DNA of 64,000 nt from assembly GCA_020059745.1 (NCBI GenBank), contig JAGVBK010000003.1:1123-65122 (forward strand), read 5' to 3'. The stretch is from Candidatus Shapirobacteria bacterium (GTDB taxonomy: Bacteria; Patescibacteriota; Microgenomatia; UM-FILTER-40-11). The translations under genes were made by a program, and so were the position numbers. The notes below the pieces were generated by a model. The model worked only from the letters and a program-made list of their open reading frames with translations, was not told the DNA's origin and ran no database searches. Position 1 is the stretch's first letter. Each line of letters starts with the position of its first letter. Shown in pieces: positions 1-9,830 of the stretch.

Positions 1-264
1 GAGGTTTGGTTTCCTTCGGAAGGGAAATATCGGGAAACTCACTCAACCAGTAACTGCACTGACTATCAGGCAAGAAGACTCAACATTAAATACCGGAAAA
101 GTGATGGAGGAACTGACTTTATCCATATTTTAAACGGTACGGTTTTTTCAGAAAGACCGATTCTGGCAATTTTAGAAAACTACCAAGAAGAAGATGGCTC
201 TGTCAAAGTGCCGGAAGTTTTAAGAGATTATTTAGATAAAGAAAAAATTTCTCCCAAAAGCTGA
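1..264 (+). CDS. serS: Seryl-tRNA synthetase, C-terminal fragment (truncated by window edge)
   Basis: Frame +1 read by hand: [32 protein letters not shown]...HILNGT...[27 protein letters not shown], a typical SerRS C-terminus; TGA at 262-264. Confidence 0.93.
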   Translation, partial: EVWFPSEGKYRETHSTSNCTDYQARRLNIKYRKSDGGTDFIHILNGTVFSERPILAILENYQEEDGSVKVPEVLRDYLDKEKISPKS

Positions 265-1559
265 TCACTCTCAAAGTCGGTAATCTTAACCGGTAAAATT
301 TGCCCCTTAATCTCCATTGTTCCTTGTTCATGGTTCATTGTTTTAATCTTGATAGGCCAGTTATTTTTAGTTAAACCTTCAAAGCCACCTTTTGTTTTTC
401 TGACAATTAAAGTTTCCTGAATGGTGTTGATAAGATTTTTAGCCTCTTTTTTCTTGTTTTTAGAAACTGCCTCATTAATGCCCTTTGCCCTTTGTTTTTT
501 TATGTCTTCAGAAACTTCCTGCCACTTTTCCTCCTTAATGTTCTGGTAAGCTTTAGTTCCTTTTCTTTTAGAAAAAGTAAATACATGGGCAAAGGAAATG
601 CTTGTTTCTTTTATAAAACTAAGGGTTTTACTAAATTCTTCATTAGTTTCTTCAGGAAAACCGGCAATAAAATCTGCCCTGAAAGTAAAGCTTGGGTCTT
701 TTTTCTTTATTTCTTTTAGAGTTTTTTTAAGCTTATTAAGATTTTTATTCCTTCCCATTCTTTCAAGGACACTTTCCGAGGCGGACTGAATGGAAAGATG
801 AAATGATTTTGTGGTTCGGGGGGAGCCTAAGATTAGAGAGACAAATTCCTTAGTTAAAACCTCCGGGTAAATTGAGGATAATGTAATCCTTTCGACACCG
901 GTTTCATTCAGAATTTTTTTAATCAGTTGCCTTAAATCAGTCTTTTTTTTCAGATCTTTTCCATAAAGACTGATATTTATGCCGGTCAAAATAATTTCTT
1001 TAACCCCTTTGCTTAGCCAGAAATTAATTTCTTTGATAATTTCATCCGGGGGGGTACTTTTTGGTTTTCCCCTTAATAATGAAGTTATGCAGAAAGTGCA
1101 GAAGTTGGCACAACCTTCCTGTATTTTGATAAATTTTCTGCCGGAAAGCACATACTTATTTTCTAAGTCAATTTTGGGATTTTTATTTAGGTAAGAGGAA
1201 TAATTTTCTTCGATTAGAGATATTACTCGGTCTTTATCTTTATTGCTTATAAAAAGATCAGCTTCAGGAAGGGTAATTTTAAATTTTTCCCTTGCCGTAA
1301 CTCCGCAGCCCAGCACAACCAGCAAAGAGCCTGGATAAAGCCTTTTTAGCCTTCTTATCTTTTTTCTTGTTTCCTTTTCAGCTTTTTGGGTTACCACACA
1401 AGTGTTTAAAAGAATGAGATTTGGTACTTCCCCGATCTTGCCCTGCCGTAGCCCGCAGTCTGCAAGCCGCATATTGATAGCTTCTATCTCTGCCTGGTTT
1501 GTCCGGCAGCCCAAAGAATAGGATTTAAAAGTTTTTGGTGATAAAATTGAGTTTGTCAT
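228..1559 (-). CDS. mtaB: tRNA methylthiotransferase (MtaB/MiaB family radical SAM)
   Basis: [33 protein letters not shown] radical SAM motif, TRAM-like C-terminus; ATG 1559 preferred because a -10 box lies 8 nt upstream. Confidence 0.85.
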   Translation of the reverse strand: MTNSILSPKTFKSYSLGCRTNQAEIEAINMRLADCGLRQGKIGEVPNLILLNTCVVTQKAEKETRKKIRRLKRLYPGSLLVVLGCGVTAREKFKITLPEADLFISNKDKDRVISLIEENYSSYLNKNPKIDLENKYVLSGRKFIKIQEGCANFCTFCITSLLRGKPKSTPPDEIIKEINFWLSKGVKEIILTGINISLYGKDLKKKTDLRQLIKKILNETGVERITLSSIYPEVLTKEFVSLILGSPRTTKSFHLSIQSASESVLERMGRNKNLNKLKKTLKEIKKKDPSFTFRADFIAGFPEETNEEFSKTLSFIKETSISFAHVFTFSKRKGTKAYQNIKEEKWQEVSEDIKKQRAKGINEAVSKNKKKEAKNLINTIQETLIVRKTKGGFEGLTKNNWPIKIKTMNHEQGTMEIKGQILPVKITDFESDQLLGEIFSLSK

Positions 1560-1589
1560 CGAGCCTAATTTTAACAAAGAAAGAAAATA

Positions 1590-2246
1590 ATGTCATTTCT
1601 TAAAAAACTTATAAATGGCGGAGAGGTACTCGAAACATTTAATTCCCCGTTTAATGGGAAAATGGATGTTTTTAAGGACTTTTCCGGCCGGGTTTCTTTA
1701 AAATGCGACGGAGTGGTGCAATCAGGCGGTTTGGCTGAGAAACTTTGGCAAAAAGGAGTAAAAGAAATCTCCAAATTTAGAGGAAAAAGAGAGATAAGAG
1801 AATGTCTTATCTTAGGTTTGGGTGCCGGAACTTTAGTGAAACTGCTTTTAAAAGAATTTAAAGACTGTAAAATAACCGCAGTCGAGATTGACCCTTTAGT
1901 GATTAAAGCCGGAGAAAAGTATTTCAATCTCAAAAAAGGCAAGGCTCTTAAGATAATTAATTCCAACGCTTTTGAAGTCTTAGAAAAAGTAAAGGGAAAG
2001 TTTGATTTAATTGTGGTTGACCTATATAAAGGTCAGGAGTTTCCGGCCAAAGCCGAGGGCGAAGCTTTTTTTAAAACGCTTTTAGGTCTACTTGATAACA
2101 AAGGCATTGTTGTTTTTAACCGGCTTAACTATAGCCCTATTCATAAGGCCAAAACTCAGGTTTTTAGGCAAAAAGCGGAAAGAAGTTTTAAAAGGCTAAA
2201 AACAATTTCGGCAGTCACAAATTTGCTTCTTTTAGCTTCAAATTAA
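1590..2246 (+). CDS. Spermidine-synthase-like class I SAM-dependent methyltransferase
   Basis: LILGLGAGT, VEIDP and FDLIVVDLY motifs. Confidence 0.75.
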   Translation: MSFLKKLINGGEVLETFNSPFNGKMDVFKDFSGRVSLKCDGVVQSGGLAEKLWQKGVKEISKFRGKREIRECLILGLGAGTLVKLLLKEFKDCKITAVEIDPLVIKAGEKYFNLKKGKALKIINSNAFEVLEKVKGKFDLIVVDLYKGQEFPAKAEGEAFFKTLLGLLDNKGIVVFNRLNYSPIHKAKTQVFRQKAERSFKRLKTISAVTNLLLLASN

Positions 2247-2259
2247 TCCCCAAAAAGGG

Positions 2260-2265
2260 TATAAT
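2260..2265 (+). promoter_or_regulatory. Consensus -10 box (TATAAT) of secA, 7 nt before ATG 2273
   Basis: gggTATAATggtgacaATG. Confidence 0.6.
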
Positions 2266-2272
2266 GGTGACA

Positions 2273-4996
2273 ATGCTTAATATATTCAAAAAAGTATTTG
2301 ATGTTAACCAAAAAGAGCTTGACAGCCTTCTTCCTTTAGTGGAAAGAATAAACAGCCAGGAAGAAAATCTTAAAGATTTTTCCGATAAAGAACTGGCCGC
2401 AAAAACTCCGGAATTTAAGCTAAGGCTTTCTAAGGGAGAAAGTCTTGACAGTCTTTTACCTGAGGCCATGGCGGTAGTTCGGGAAGCGATTAAAAGAACC
2501 GTTGGCCAAAGGGCATTTGATGTTCAGCTTATGGCAGCCGTTTGCCTTCACCAGGGAAAAATTGCCGAACAAAAAACAGGTGAAGGAAAAACTCAAGCAG
2601 CAGCTTTAGCTGCTTATGTAAATGCTCTTTCTGAAAAAGGTGTTCATGTGGTTACTCCTAACGATTATCTTACCAAGGTCGGTGCCGGTTGGTACGGCAG
2701 AGCGCTTGACATGCTTGGTCTTAAGGTGGCGGCAATTGTTCACGAACAAGCATATCTTTTTGATCCGGACTATAGGGATAAGAGCCAAATCGACGACAGG
2801 TTAGCTCACCTAAAACCGATTGAAAGGAAAGAAGCATATCTTTCTGATGTTACCTATGGAACAAACAACGAATTTGGTTTTGATTATCTTCGTGATAACT
2901 TAGTTTCAGACCTTATTGAAATGGTGCAAAGAGGCCACCATTTTGCCATTGTCGATGAGGTTGATTCAATTTTAATTGACGAGGCCAGAACTCCGCTTAT
3001 TATTTCTGCTCCTGACACTGAACCCACAAAAAAATATTATGAATTTGCCCGGCTTATTAGCGGCCTTTCTTCTGATACTGATTACTCTTCTGACGAAAAG
3101 ACCAAAACCGTCAGCTTGACCGAGCATGGCATTAAAAAAGTGGAGAAAATGCTTGGAGTTGATAATCTTTATGAAAAGGACTTTGACACCATTCACCACA
3201 TTGAAAACGCACTTAAGGCAAAGGTTCATTTTTTAAGAGATAGAGATTATGTTGTCAAAGACAATCAGATTGTGATTGTGGATGAGTTTACCGGCCGGCT
3301 GATGTTTGGAAGGCGTTGGTCTGAGGGCCTTCACCAGGCAATTGAGGCTAAAGAAAATGTTCCCATTCAACAGGAATCAAAAACCCTGGCGACAATTTCT
3401 TTTCAGAATTACTTCAGGATGTATGAGAAGCTTTCCGGTATGACCGGAACCGCGGCTACGGAAGCGGAAGAATTCAAAAAAATCTATAACCTTGATGTGG
3501 TGGTTATCCCCACCAATAAACCGATGGTAAGAAAAGACCACACCGATGTGGTTTATAAAAACCAGCGGGCAAAATACGCGGCTATTGTTAAAGAAATTGA
3601 AGAATGCTACAAAGGGGGTCAGCCTGTTTTAGTGGGTACTACTTCAGTTGCCAAAAACGAAATTATTGACCAGTTTCTAAACCATAAAAAAATACCCCAC
3701 CAGGTTTTAAATGCCAAGCAGCACGAAAAAGAGGCTCAAATCATTGCTAATGCCGGTGCTAAAGGTGCAGTTACCATTGCTACCAACATGGCCGGAAGGG
3801 GAGTTGATATTGTTTTAGGAGGAGCCGCACCTCAGCGGATTGACTTTGAAAACGAAGCCGCTTACAAAAAGGCAGTTTCCGAATGGAACAAAAAACACGA
3901 GGAGGTTATAAGTTTAGGTGGCCTTCATGTTATTGGCACAGAAAGGCACGAATCAAGAAGAATTGATAACCAGCTTAGGGGCCGTTCAGGAAGGCAGGGC
4001 GATCCCGGCTCTTCCCGCTTTTTTGTGGCTTTGGATGATGACCTGATGAGGGTTTTTGGTGGAGAACAAATCTCTTCATTGATGACCCGCTTTAACATGC
4101 CCGAGGATGTTCCCCTTGAGCACTCCATTGTTTCCCGCTCCATTGAGCAGGCCCAGGTCAAAGTTGAAGGCTTTAACTTTGATTTAAGAAAACAAGTGGT
4201 TGAATATGACGATGTCATGAACCGGCAAAGGGAAATTATCTATAAAATGAGAAAAAGAGTTTTGGAAAGAGGAGTCATTGGCAACGGAGAAGAAAGCATT
4301 GACACCCTAAAGGATGATTTGCTTGAAAAAATTGAACGGGAAATCTCAAACCTGGTTTTAATGTATTCCCCTGAAGGCTATTCAGAGCCTGAGTATGAAA
4401 AAATTGTGGTTAGCTTTAATGAAATTATTCCTTTTGACACCAGCTCTCAGGAAAGAATTAAAAGCCAGGTTTCCAAACTTAAGACCCCTGAAGAAGTAAC
4501 TGGGTTTTTATCTAAGCTTGTTAAAGATTTATATGAGCAAAGGGAAAAAACCTATGGTGAGCAAACCAGCCGCGACATTGAAAAATATGTGTATATTTCT
4601 ACCATTGACAAGCTTTGGGTAGATCATCTTACTGCAGTTGATGACTTAAGAAACGGAATCGGGCTTCGCGGTTATGCCCAAAAAGATCCTTTAGTGGAGT
4701 ACAAAAAAGAAGCTTTTGAAATGTTTGAAAGACTGGTTAACCAGATTGACTATGAAGTGGTGAGAAAAATCTTCAGGATTCAGGTAGTTTCTCAGCCACA
4801 GACAATTTCCCTGGAAAACTCAACCGAAAAAAGAGGCAGTGCTCCCCTTCCTAATGGAAAAACGAATTTTTCCGAGGAAGAGGAAAGGCCAAAAACAAGG
4901 CCAATCGTTTCCGGGCAGAAAGTGGGCAGAAATGACCCCTGCCCATGCGGTTCAGGCAAAAAATATAAAAAATGTTGTTACCCTAAATATGGATGA
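2273..4996 (+). CDS. secA: Preprotein translocase ATPase SecA
   Basis: KTGEGKT, DEVDSILIDEARTPLIIS, ATNMAGRG, RRIDNQLRGRSGRQGDPG and C-terminal SEC-C GRNDPCPCGSGKKYKKCC; ORF track start is 2264. Confidence 0.98.
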   Translation: MLNIFKKVFDVNQKELDSLLPLVERINSQEENLKDFSDKELAAKTPEFKLRLSKGESLDSLLPEAMAVVREAIKRTVGQRAFDVQLMAAVCLHQGKIAEQKTGEGKTQAAALAAYVNALSEKGVHVVTPNDYLTKVGAGWYGRALDMLGLKVAAIVHEQAYLFDPDYRDKSQIDDRLAHLKPIERKEAYLSDVTYGTNNEFGFDYLRDNLVSDLIEMVQRGHHFAIVDEVDSILIDEARTPLIISAPDTEPTKKYYEFARLISGLSSDTDYSSDEKTKTVSLTEHGIKKVEKMLGVDNLYEKDFDTIHHIENALKAKVHFLRDRDYVVKDNQIVIVDEFTGRLMFGRRWSEGLHQAIEAKENVPIQQESKTLATISFQNYFRMYEKLSGMTGTAATEAEEFKKIYNLDVVVIPTNKPMVRKDHTDVVYKNQRAKYAAIVKEIEECYKGGQPVLVGTTSVAKNEIIDQFLNHKKIPHQVLNAKQHEKEAQIIANAGAKGAVTIATNMAGRGVDIVLGGAAPQRIDFENEAAYKKAVSEWNKKHEEVISLGGLHVIGTERHESRRIDNQLRGRSGRQGDPGSSRFFVALDDDLMRVFGGEQISSLMTRFNMPEDVPLEHSIVSRSIEQAQVKVEGFNFDLRKQVVEYDDVMNRQREIIYKMRKRVLERGVIGNGEESIDTLKDDLLEKIEREISNLVLMYSPEGYSEPEYEKIVVSFNEIIPFDTSSQERIKSQVSKLKTPEEVTGFLSKLVKDLYEQREKTYGEQTSRDIEKYVYISTIDKLWVDHLTAVDDLRNGIGLRGYAQKDPLVEYKKEAFEMFERLVNQIDYEVVRKIFRIQVVSQPQTISLENSTEKRGSAPLPNGKTNFSEEEERPKTRPIVSGQKVGRNDPCPCGSGKKYKKCCYPKYG

Positions 4997-5006
4997 AAAA
5001 ATGTTT

Positions 5007-5073
5007 ACCCCGTAAATGCGCCCTTGCGACGCAAACACGTAGTATTTGGGAGCAAGTAAGCATTTTCTGGGGT
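5007..5073. repeat. Imperfect REP-like stem-loop downstream of secA
   Basis: accccgtaaatgc (5007-5019) pairs with gcattttctggggt (5060-5073); internal ttgcgacgcaa mini-hairpin. Confidence 0.5.
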
Positions 5074-5103
5074 TGCTATCCCAAGTTTGGGTAAACCAAC
5101 CGC

Positions 5104-5133
5104 TTGACAAGCTTACCTAACTTCTTTTTTAAT
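5104..5133 (+). promoter_or_regulatory. Sigma70-type promoter for the 5140-7119 cluster
   Basis: TTGACA 5104-5109, 18 nt spacer, TTTAAT 5128-5133, ATG 6 nt later. Confidence 0.5.
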
Positions 5134-5139
5134 TAGTGT

Positions 5140-5589
5140 ATGGAAGAAAATCCATTGGCCGATTCTTTTCATGAGGAACCAAGTAAATACAAAAACTTTC
5201 TTTCTCCCCATTTTTTAGCGGCATTTTTGATTTTAACTGTTTGTACTTTATTTTTGGGTTTGTCTGTTGAAGAAGTAAAAGAAAAAAAGACTTTCCAGCC
5301 CAAGGCAAGTGTTAACGAGGAAACTCCCTTTTATGTTTATCTTGAAAGCCCTAAAGAGGATGCAGTAGTTATCGATGACAAAGTTCAGGTAATAGGAAGG
5401 ACACTTCCAGGCACGGTAATTTTTGTTTACACGGAAGACGATGTTTATTCTGCCGAGAGCGATAAAGACGGTAATTTTGCAATGGAGCTTTCGGTAAATG
5501 AGGGCATTAATACCATTACTTTGACTGCTTTTGGCGAGAACGGAGAGGAGCAAAGCATTTACTTTGATGTTGTATATGACAAATCATAA
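5140..5589 (+). CDS. Membrane-anchored protein with a bacterial Ig-like domain
   Basis: N-terminal TM helix, then SP.E.AVV...VIGRTLPG...DKDGNF.MELSVNEGINTITLTA Ig-like pattern. Confidence 0.7.
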   Translation: MEENPLADSFHEEPSKYKNFLSPHFLAAFLILTVCTLFLGLSVEEVKEKKTFQPKASVNEETPFYVYLESPKEDAVVIDDKVQVIGRTLPGTVIFVYTEDDVYSAESDKDGNFAMELSVNEGINTITLTAFGENGEEQSIYFDVVYDKS

Positions 5590-6379
5590 AGCTCTTAAAA
5601 CAATATTTTTTGTTTTCATTTTAAGCTTTTTTTTAGCCCAGCCTCTTAAGGCCCAGTATTATATTGGTTCTGTTTTGGGAGTAAAATCTGAAAAACCAAA
5701 TTCAGCAAGTGAAAGCAAGAGAATGACAGTTGGGGAAGTTGAAGAAATTAAAGGCAACAAAATATCAGTTGAAGATAAAAAAGAAAAGAAGACAAAGGAA
5801 ATAATTCTTGAGGGAAAAACAAGGATTATTAACCAGAATAACAAAGCCATAAATTTAAACCAAGTAAAACCAAAAGATAAAGTGGCCATTATTGCCACCG
5901 AGGGGCCTTTGGCTACAGATACGGCCGGATTAACCAATAGGTTTAAAGTATATGTTAAGCAGCAAAGAGAAATTAGGGAAACAAGAAGAAGGGCGGTTCA
6001 TGGGGTTATTACTGCTGTCAGCGGAAGCAGTATTACCCTTACCCACCAGACCCAGAGAGACAGAATCTCAAATCTAATAGTAACCGAAAGTACAGAAATA
6101 AAGATAAAAGGAGCAGAAACAGGAACTTTGTCTGATCTGGCCCCGGGGTTAAGGATCGCAGCAGTGGGAGACGCAAATTCAGAAGGAGTCTTAGAAGCAG
6201 TAAGAATTCATGTTATCCCGGGTAAGGCAACGGGAATTTGGGAAAATAGGCCACTTCCTTCTCAATCCCAAGACGGAACAGGTTCAGCCATTATTACTGC
6301 CACAAATTTTCCAACGCCGACACAATCTTTAACGGTAACACCAAGCGCCACTCCCAGTGTTTCTTTTACCTTAGAATAG
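5576..6379 (+). CDS. Secreted protein with two DUF5666-like (OB-fold) repeats and a Thr/Pro-rich tail
   Basis: Signal peptide; repeats GEVEEIKGNKISV..T.I...L..VK.KD.V and GVITAVSGSSITL..TEI...L.DL.PG.RI. Confidence 0.6.
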   Translation: MTNHKALKTIFFVFILSFFLAQPLKAQYYIGSVLGVKSEKPNSASESKRMTVGEVEEIKGNKISVEDKKEKKTKEIILEGKTRIINQNNKAINLNQVKPKDKVAIIATEGPLATDTAGLTNRFKVYVKQQREIRETRRRAVHGVITAVSGSSITLTHQTQRDRISNLIVTESTEIKIKGAETGTLSDLAPGLRIAAVGDANSEGVLEAVRIHVIPGKATGIWENRPLPSQSQDGTGSAIITATNFPTPTQSLTVTPSATPSVSFTLE

Positions 6380-6444
6380 CTTTTTAATAATTCGCAATTT
6401 AAACAGGCTAGTTTTCAAAATGAGAAAAGGAGGTGAAGAAAGAG

Positions 6445-7119
6445 ATGAAAAAAAAGAGTTCCACTAATGGAAGTATTGGTTTAGTTACGATGATTCTTGC
6501 TTTAATTGGTGCCATTACTGCCGGTGTAATTTACGGAGTTGGCTATGAGCAAAGAAGATCTGTTACTTCAAGTGCCGCTGGCCACGGAGCTCCAAACGGA
6601 GCCCACTATAACTTAAATATTATTGGTGTTCCTAAAGGAAAAACTGCTGACATGACCAGTGGTCACAGGATTTTTGTTCCTTTAGTAGGGAAATGTTCTG
6701 TTGCTTTGAGCCAAGGAGAATTTTCCGTTTTAGACGGCAATTGCACTGACGGCAAGGGAAGTTTCCAGCTGCCAAATCCTGATCCTGACAATGACGGGGT
6801 AACTACCTATTCAGTTTGGGCTAGAGCTTTAGGTAAACCTGGAGGAAAATCTGAAACAACCACTTGTGCCACCGATGCCACCGGAGTTGAATATTGTTCT
6901 GTTAATACCATGATTCAGATAAGGAACAAGGGAAAGACCTCATTCTCTGATGTTTCCAGACAGCTGCTCTATGTGTATGTCGATCTTAACGGAGACGGAG
7001 TCTTGGAAAGAATTCCTTTGTTTGACGAAAGACTGAAGGATTATTACTGGAGTTACGACAACAACGGTTTAAAAATTGTGCAGTTTAGATTCTACGAAAT
7101 CCCCACTAACGTTAATTAA
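6445..7119 (+). CDS. Exported Cys-rich hypothetical protein with DxDxDG-type motifs
   Basis: SD AGGAGGTGA 8 nt before ATG; TM helix; HYNLNIIGVPK, PDPDNDG, DLNGDG. Confidence 0.75.
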   Translation: MKKKSSTNGSIGLVTMILALIGAITAGVIYGVGYEQRRSVTSSAAGHGAPNGAHYNLNIIGVPKGKTADMTSGHRIFVPLVGKCSVALSQGEFSVLDGNCTDGKGSFQLPNPDPDNDGVTTYSVWARALGKPGGKSETTTCATDATGVEYCSVNTMIQIRNKGKTSFSDVSRQLLYVYVDLNGDGVLERIPLFDERLKDYYWSYDNNGLKIVQFRFYEIPTNVN

Positions 7120-7138
7120 ATTTTGACTTGGAGATTTT

Positions 7139-7169
7139 ACTAAGCCCGAACTAAGCGGGCTTAGTTTTT
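7139..7169 (+). terminator. Rho-independent terminator
   Basis: actaagcccg-aactaag-cgggcttagt followed by T-run. Confidence 0.8.
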
Positions 7170-7210
7170 CGTCCTACGAAATTTTTTAAAAAAAGTTAAA
7201 ATAGTTTAAG

Positions 7211-8461
7211 ATGAGAACTTTTCGACACCCCCCTTTTTTATTAAAAAACCACAAGCTTGATCATCGTTCTCTTTATCTTGTTTCTTTAATGCTTTTTTTC
7301 TGGTGTATTTTTGACGGCATTGTTGCCTTCATGTCTCCTTTGGTAATTACCAATGCCGGTTTTAGCAAAGCTGCAATGGGTTTGATTATTTCCTGCTCGT
7401 CTTTAACGGGCGCGGTTTTTGATTTTTTACTCAGTAAGTTTCTAAGAAATGCCCAATTTAGAAGATCTTACCTTTTTATGTTTGCCATAAGCTTTGCAGT
7501 ACCGTTCTTGCTTTGGCAAGCAAATACGCTGTTTGTTTTTCTTGCTGCAATGGCTCTCTGGGGGATTTACTTTGATTTCCAGAATTTTGGTAATTTTGAA
7601 TTTGTAACCATGATGACAAAAGAAGAAGAGCATGCTTCAAGCTTTGGGGCCTTAAGTGTTTTTCGGTCTTGCGGCTATTTAATTGCGCCGATACTCTTAG
7701 GTTTTGTTTTAAGCGGCCTAAGTTTTTTACCTTTTATACTGGCCTGGTTTTTTTTGATAGTTTCTTTTTTTGTTTTTTTGTTTCTTTTAAAGACGGCAGG
7801 TAAGGGGGAAAATAAGGCTGAAAAAAGCATGGTCAAAAAGTCAAGGCTTCTTCCTGAGTTTACTTTGTGGAGAAGGGTGGGTAAACTTTTATTTCCGTTT
7901 CTTTTTTTAATGACAATAATGCATATATATAATGCGGTTTTCTGGACAATTGGCCCGATTTTTTCAGAGTCTTTTCCCGGGCTGGGAAATTTCAGCGGCA
8001 TTTTTCTGGCTGCTTTTTTGTTTAGCCCACTTATCTTTGGCTGGCTAGTCGGGCCAGCTGTGAAAGTTTTGGGAAAAAGAAACTCAGTTATTTTTTGCTT
8101 TTTGGCAGGTTCGCTTCTTCTTTCGCTGTTTTCCCTTTTCAGCAATTTATATTTTTTGATTGCCCTTATTTTTGTCTCTTCCGGCTTGGTCACTATCGCC
8201 TGGTCCTCAATTAATGGCATTTTTTCTGACTATCTTAGCGAGTCTGTTGTTTTGGATGGAGAAATTGAAGGCCTGGCTGATTTTTTTACCAACTTAGGTT
8301 ACATAATTGGTCCGGCATTGGCAGGTTTTTTGGCAGAGAAGGTTGGTTCTGGAAACGCTTTTACCGTTATCGGGCTTTTGGGTTTTTCGGCAACCCTTTT
8401 AGTTTTTCTTTTTCTTCCTAAAAGGATAAGATTTGTTGAGCCGTCGCTTCTGAAAGCTTAA
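7211..8461 (+). CDS. MFS transporter
   Basis: About 12 hydrophobic segments in two halves; GYIIGPALAGFLAEKVG. Confidence 0.8.
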   Translation: MRTFRHPPFLLKNHKLDHRSLYLVSLMLFFWCIFDGIVAFMSPLVITNAGFSKAAMGLIISCSSLTGAVFDFLLSKFLRNAQFRRSYLFMFAISFAVPFLLWQANTLFVFLAAMALWGIYFDFQNFGNFEFVTMMTKEEEHASSFGALSVFRSCGYLIAPILLGFVLSGLSFLPFILAWFFLIVSFFVFLFLLKTAGKGENKAEKSMVKKSRLLPEFTLWRRVGKLLFPFLFLMTIMHIYNAVFWTIGPIFSESFPGLGNFSGIFLAAFLFSPLIFGWLVGPAVKVLGKRNSVIFCFLAGSLLLSLFSLFSNLYFLIALIFVSSGLVTIAWSSINGIFSDYLSESVVLDGEIEGLADFFTNLGYIIGPALAGFLAEKVGSGNAFTVIGLLGFSATLLVFLFLPKRIRFVEPSLLKA

Positions 8462-8463
8462 GG

Positions 8464-9807
8464 TTAGTTATTTAAAATTTCTCTAACTGCGCTTACAAGC
8501 TCAGGGGAATTAAAATATGCATTAAGATTTCTCTCCCAGTTTTTTTCTTCAATGTTTACTACCGGTTCTACCCCATTTCCTTCAATGGGTTGACCATCTT
8601 CACGAAGAGTCAGGCTGTGGACTAAAAACATAGAATACTTTTCCAAGGGGTCAATTTGCTGGTCAATTGAAAATACTTTTTCCACTGTTCCCCAGCCTTT
8701 TGTTTTTTTTCCAACCAAAACACCGGCATTATATTTTTTAAGGGTAGCAGCCATTACCTCTGCAGAAGACTGGGTGTTTTCATTAATCAAAACCACAACT
8801 TTTTTATAGCGGACAAGCCCGGGCAGCCAGCCGATTTTGGTTTTAAAGTCTTCTTTTTCTCCTTGGTGATAAAACTGGTAAGCATACTGGTCCATGCCGA
8901 TAAAAGGCCCTAAAAAGTAGGGCAGCCCGTCAATGGCACCGCCGACATTGTCACGAAGGTCAACAATAAGGGAATTTAAGGAATCATCTTTGCTGTCAAC
9001 TTTTTCCGTGACTTTTAAAAGTTCCTGTACCGTGGTTGGTGAAAATTTATCGATTTTAATATAGTAAACGCTTGGTTTAACTAGCCTGTGTTCCATAGTG
9101 GGTTCAATTCCGAACTGGTCATAGTTTTTTCTGTTATCTTCATCCGCCAAAGCCTGAAATGCTTTATTAAGTTGCGACAGCCTAAGTTCGGCTTCTGGCG
9201 AGGATTCCTTTTTAATCTCGTTTGATTTTTGCTCGAAAACCTGAGCGATTTCTTTGGCAGAAGCATCTTTGTCAACGCCAAGAACTTCATATTGGTCAAC
9301 TTCAGGGTTCCTGTTTTCAACAGTGTTTTTAAGATTAGTTTCTTCTTTGCGGCTGTAAAGCCTGCTTCGGCCGAAAGGCTGCAGGTTGGCCAAGACAATA
9401 TCGGCAAGGCTGACTGTAAACTGCTTTTTCTTTTCTTCACCCTCAAGGTCTTTAAGGATTTTTGTAAGCATTTTTATAAGACTTTGCTTGTCTTTTGGTT
9501 TTGTTGACTGCGGTTGTCCGGTTAGTTTTTCCGTGCCTAAAACAAAAATATTGGCAAGCTGTTCATCGGTGATGCTGTCCCAATAGTTTTCTTTTATTTT
9601 GTCGTAAACCTCAGAAAGAAAAGCCAGGTGCTTTTCTTTGGGAGAAGAAGGAGCTGTTATTTTTTTAAGGTCAATCTTTTTGTTGCCAATAAGATAGCCT
9701 CCAACCGAGCCGGAAATTACAAGAAGGGGAATTAAGAAAAAAAGAGAAATTTTGATAATGTTTTTAGGAAGAAGGCTTTTTTTGTCGAGAACTACTATTT
9801 CAGGCAT
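8464..9807 (-). CDS. S41 (CtpA-like) peptidase-family protein with an inserted J-domain-like segment
   Basis: N-terminal TM; YYIKIDKF, LIVDLRDNVGG, VVVLINENTQSSAE, G.GVEP; internal DQYEVLGVDKDAS.KEI...LNKAFQALADEDNRKNYDQFG. Confidence 0.8.
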   Translation of the reverse strand: MPEIVVLDKKSLLPKNIIKISLFFLIPLLVISGSVGGYLIGNKKIDLKKITAPSSPKEKHLAFLSEVYDKIKENYWDSITDEQLANIFVLGTEKLTGQPQSTKPKDKQSLIKMLTKILKDLEGEEKKKQFTVSLADIVLANLQPFGRSRLYSRKEETNLKNTVENRNPEVDQYEVLGVDKDASAKEIAQVFEQKSNEIKKESSPEAELRLSQLNKAFQALADEDNRKNYDQFGIEPTMEHRLVKPSVYYIKIDKFSPTTVQELLKVTEKVDSKDDSLNSLIVDLRDNVGGAIDGLPYFLGPFIGMDQYAYQFYHQGEKEDFKTKIGWLPGLVRYKKVVVLINENTQSSAEVMAATLKKYNAGVLVGKKTKGWGTVEKVFSIDQQIDPLEKYSMFLVHSLTLREDGQPIEGNGVEPVVNIEEKNWERNLNAYFNSPELVSAVREILNN

Positions 9808-9830
9808 AAAAACATTCTAGCAAAAAAACT

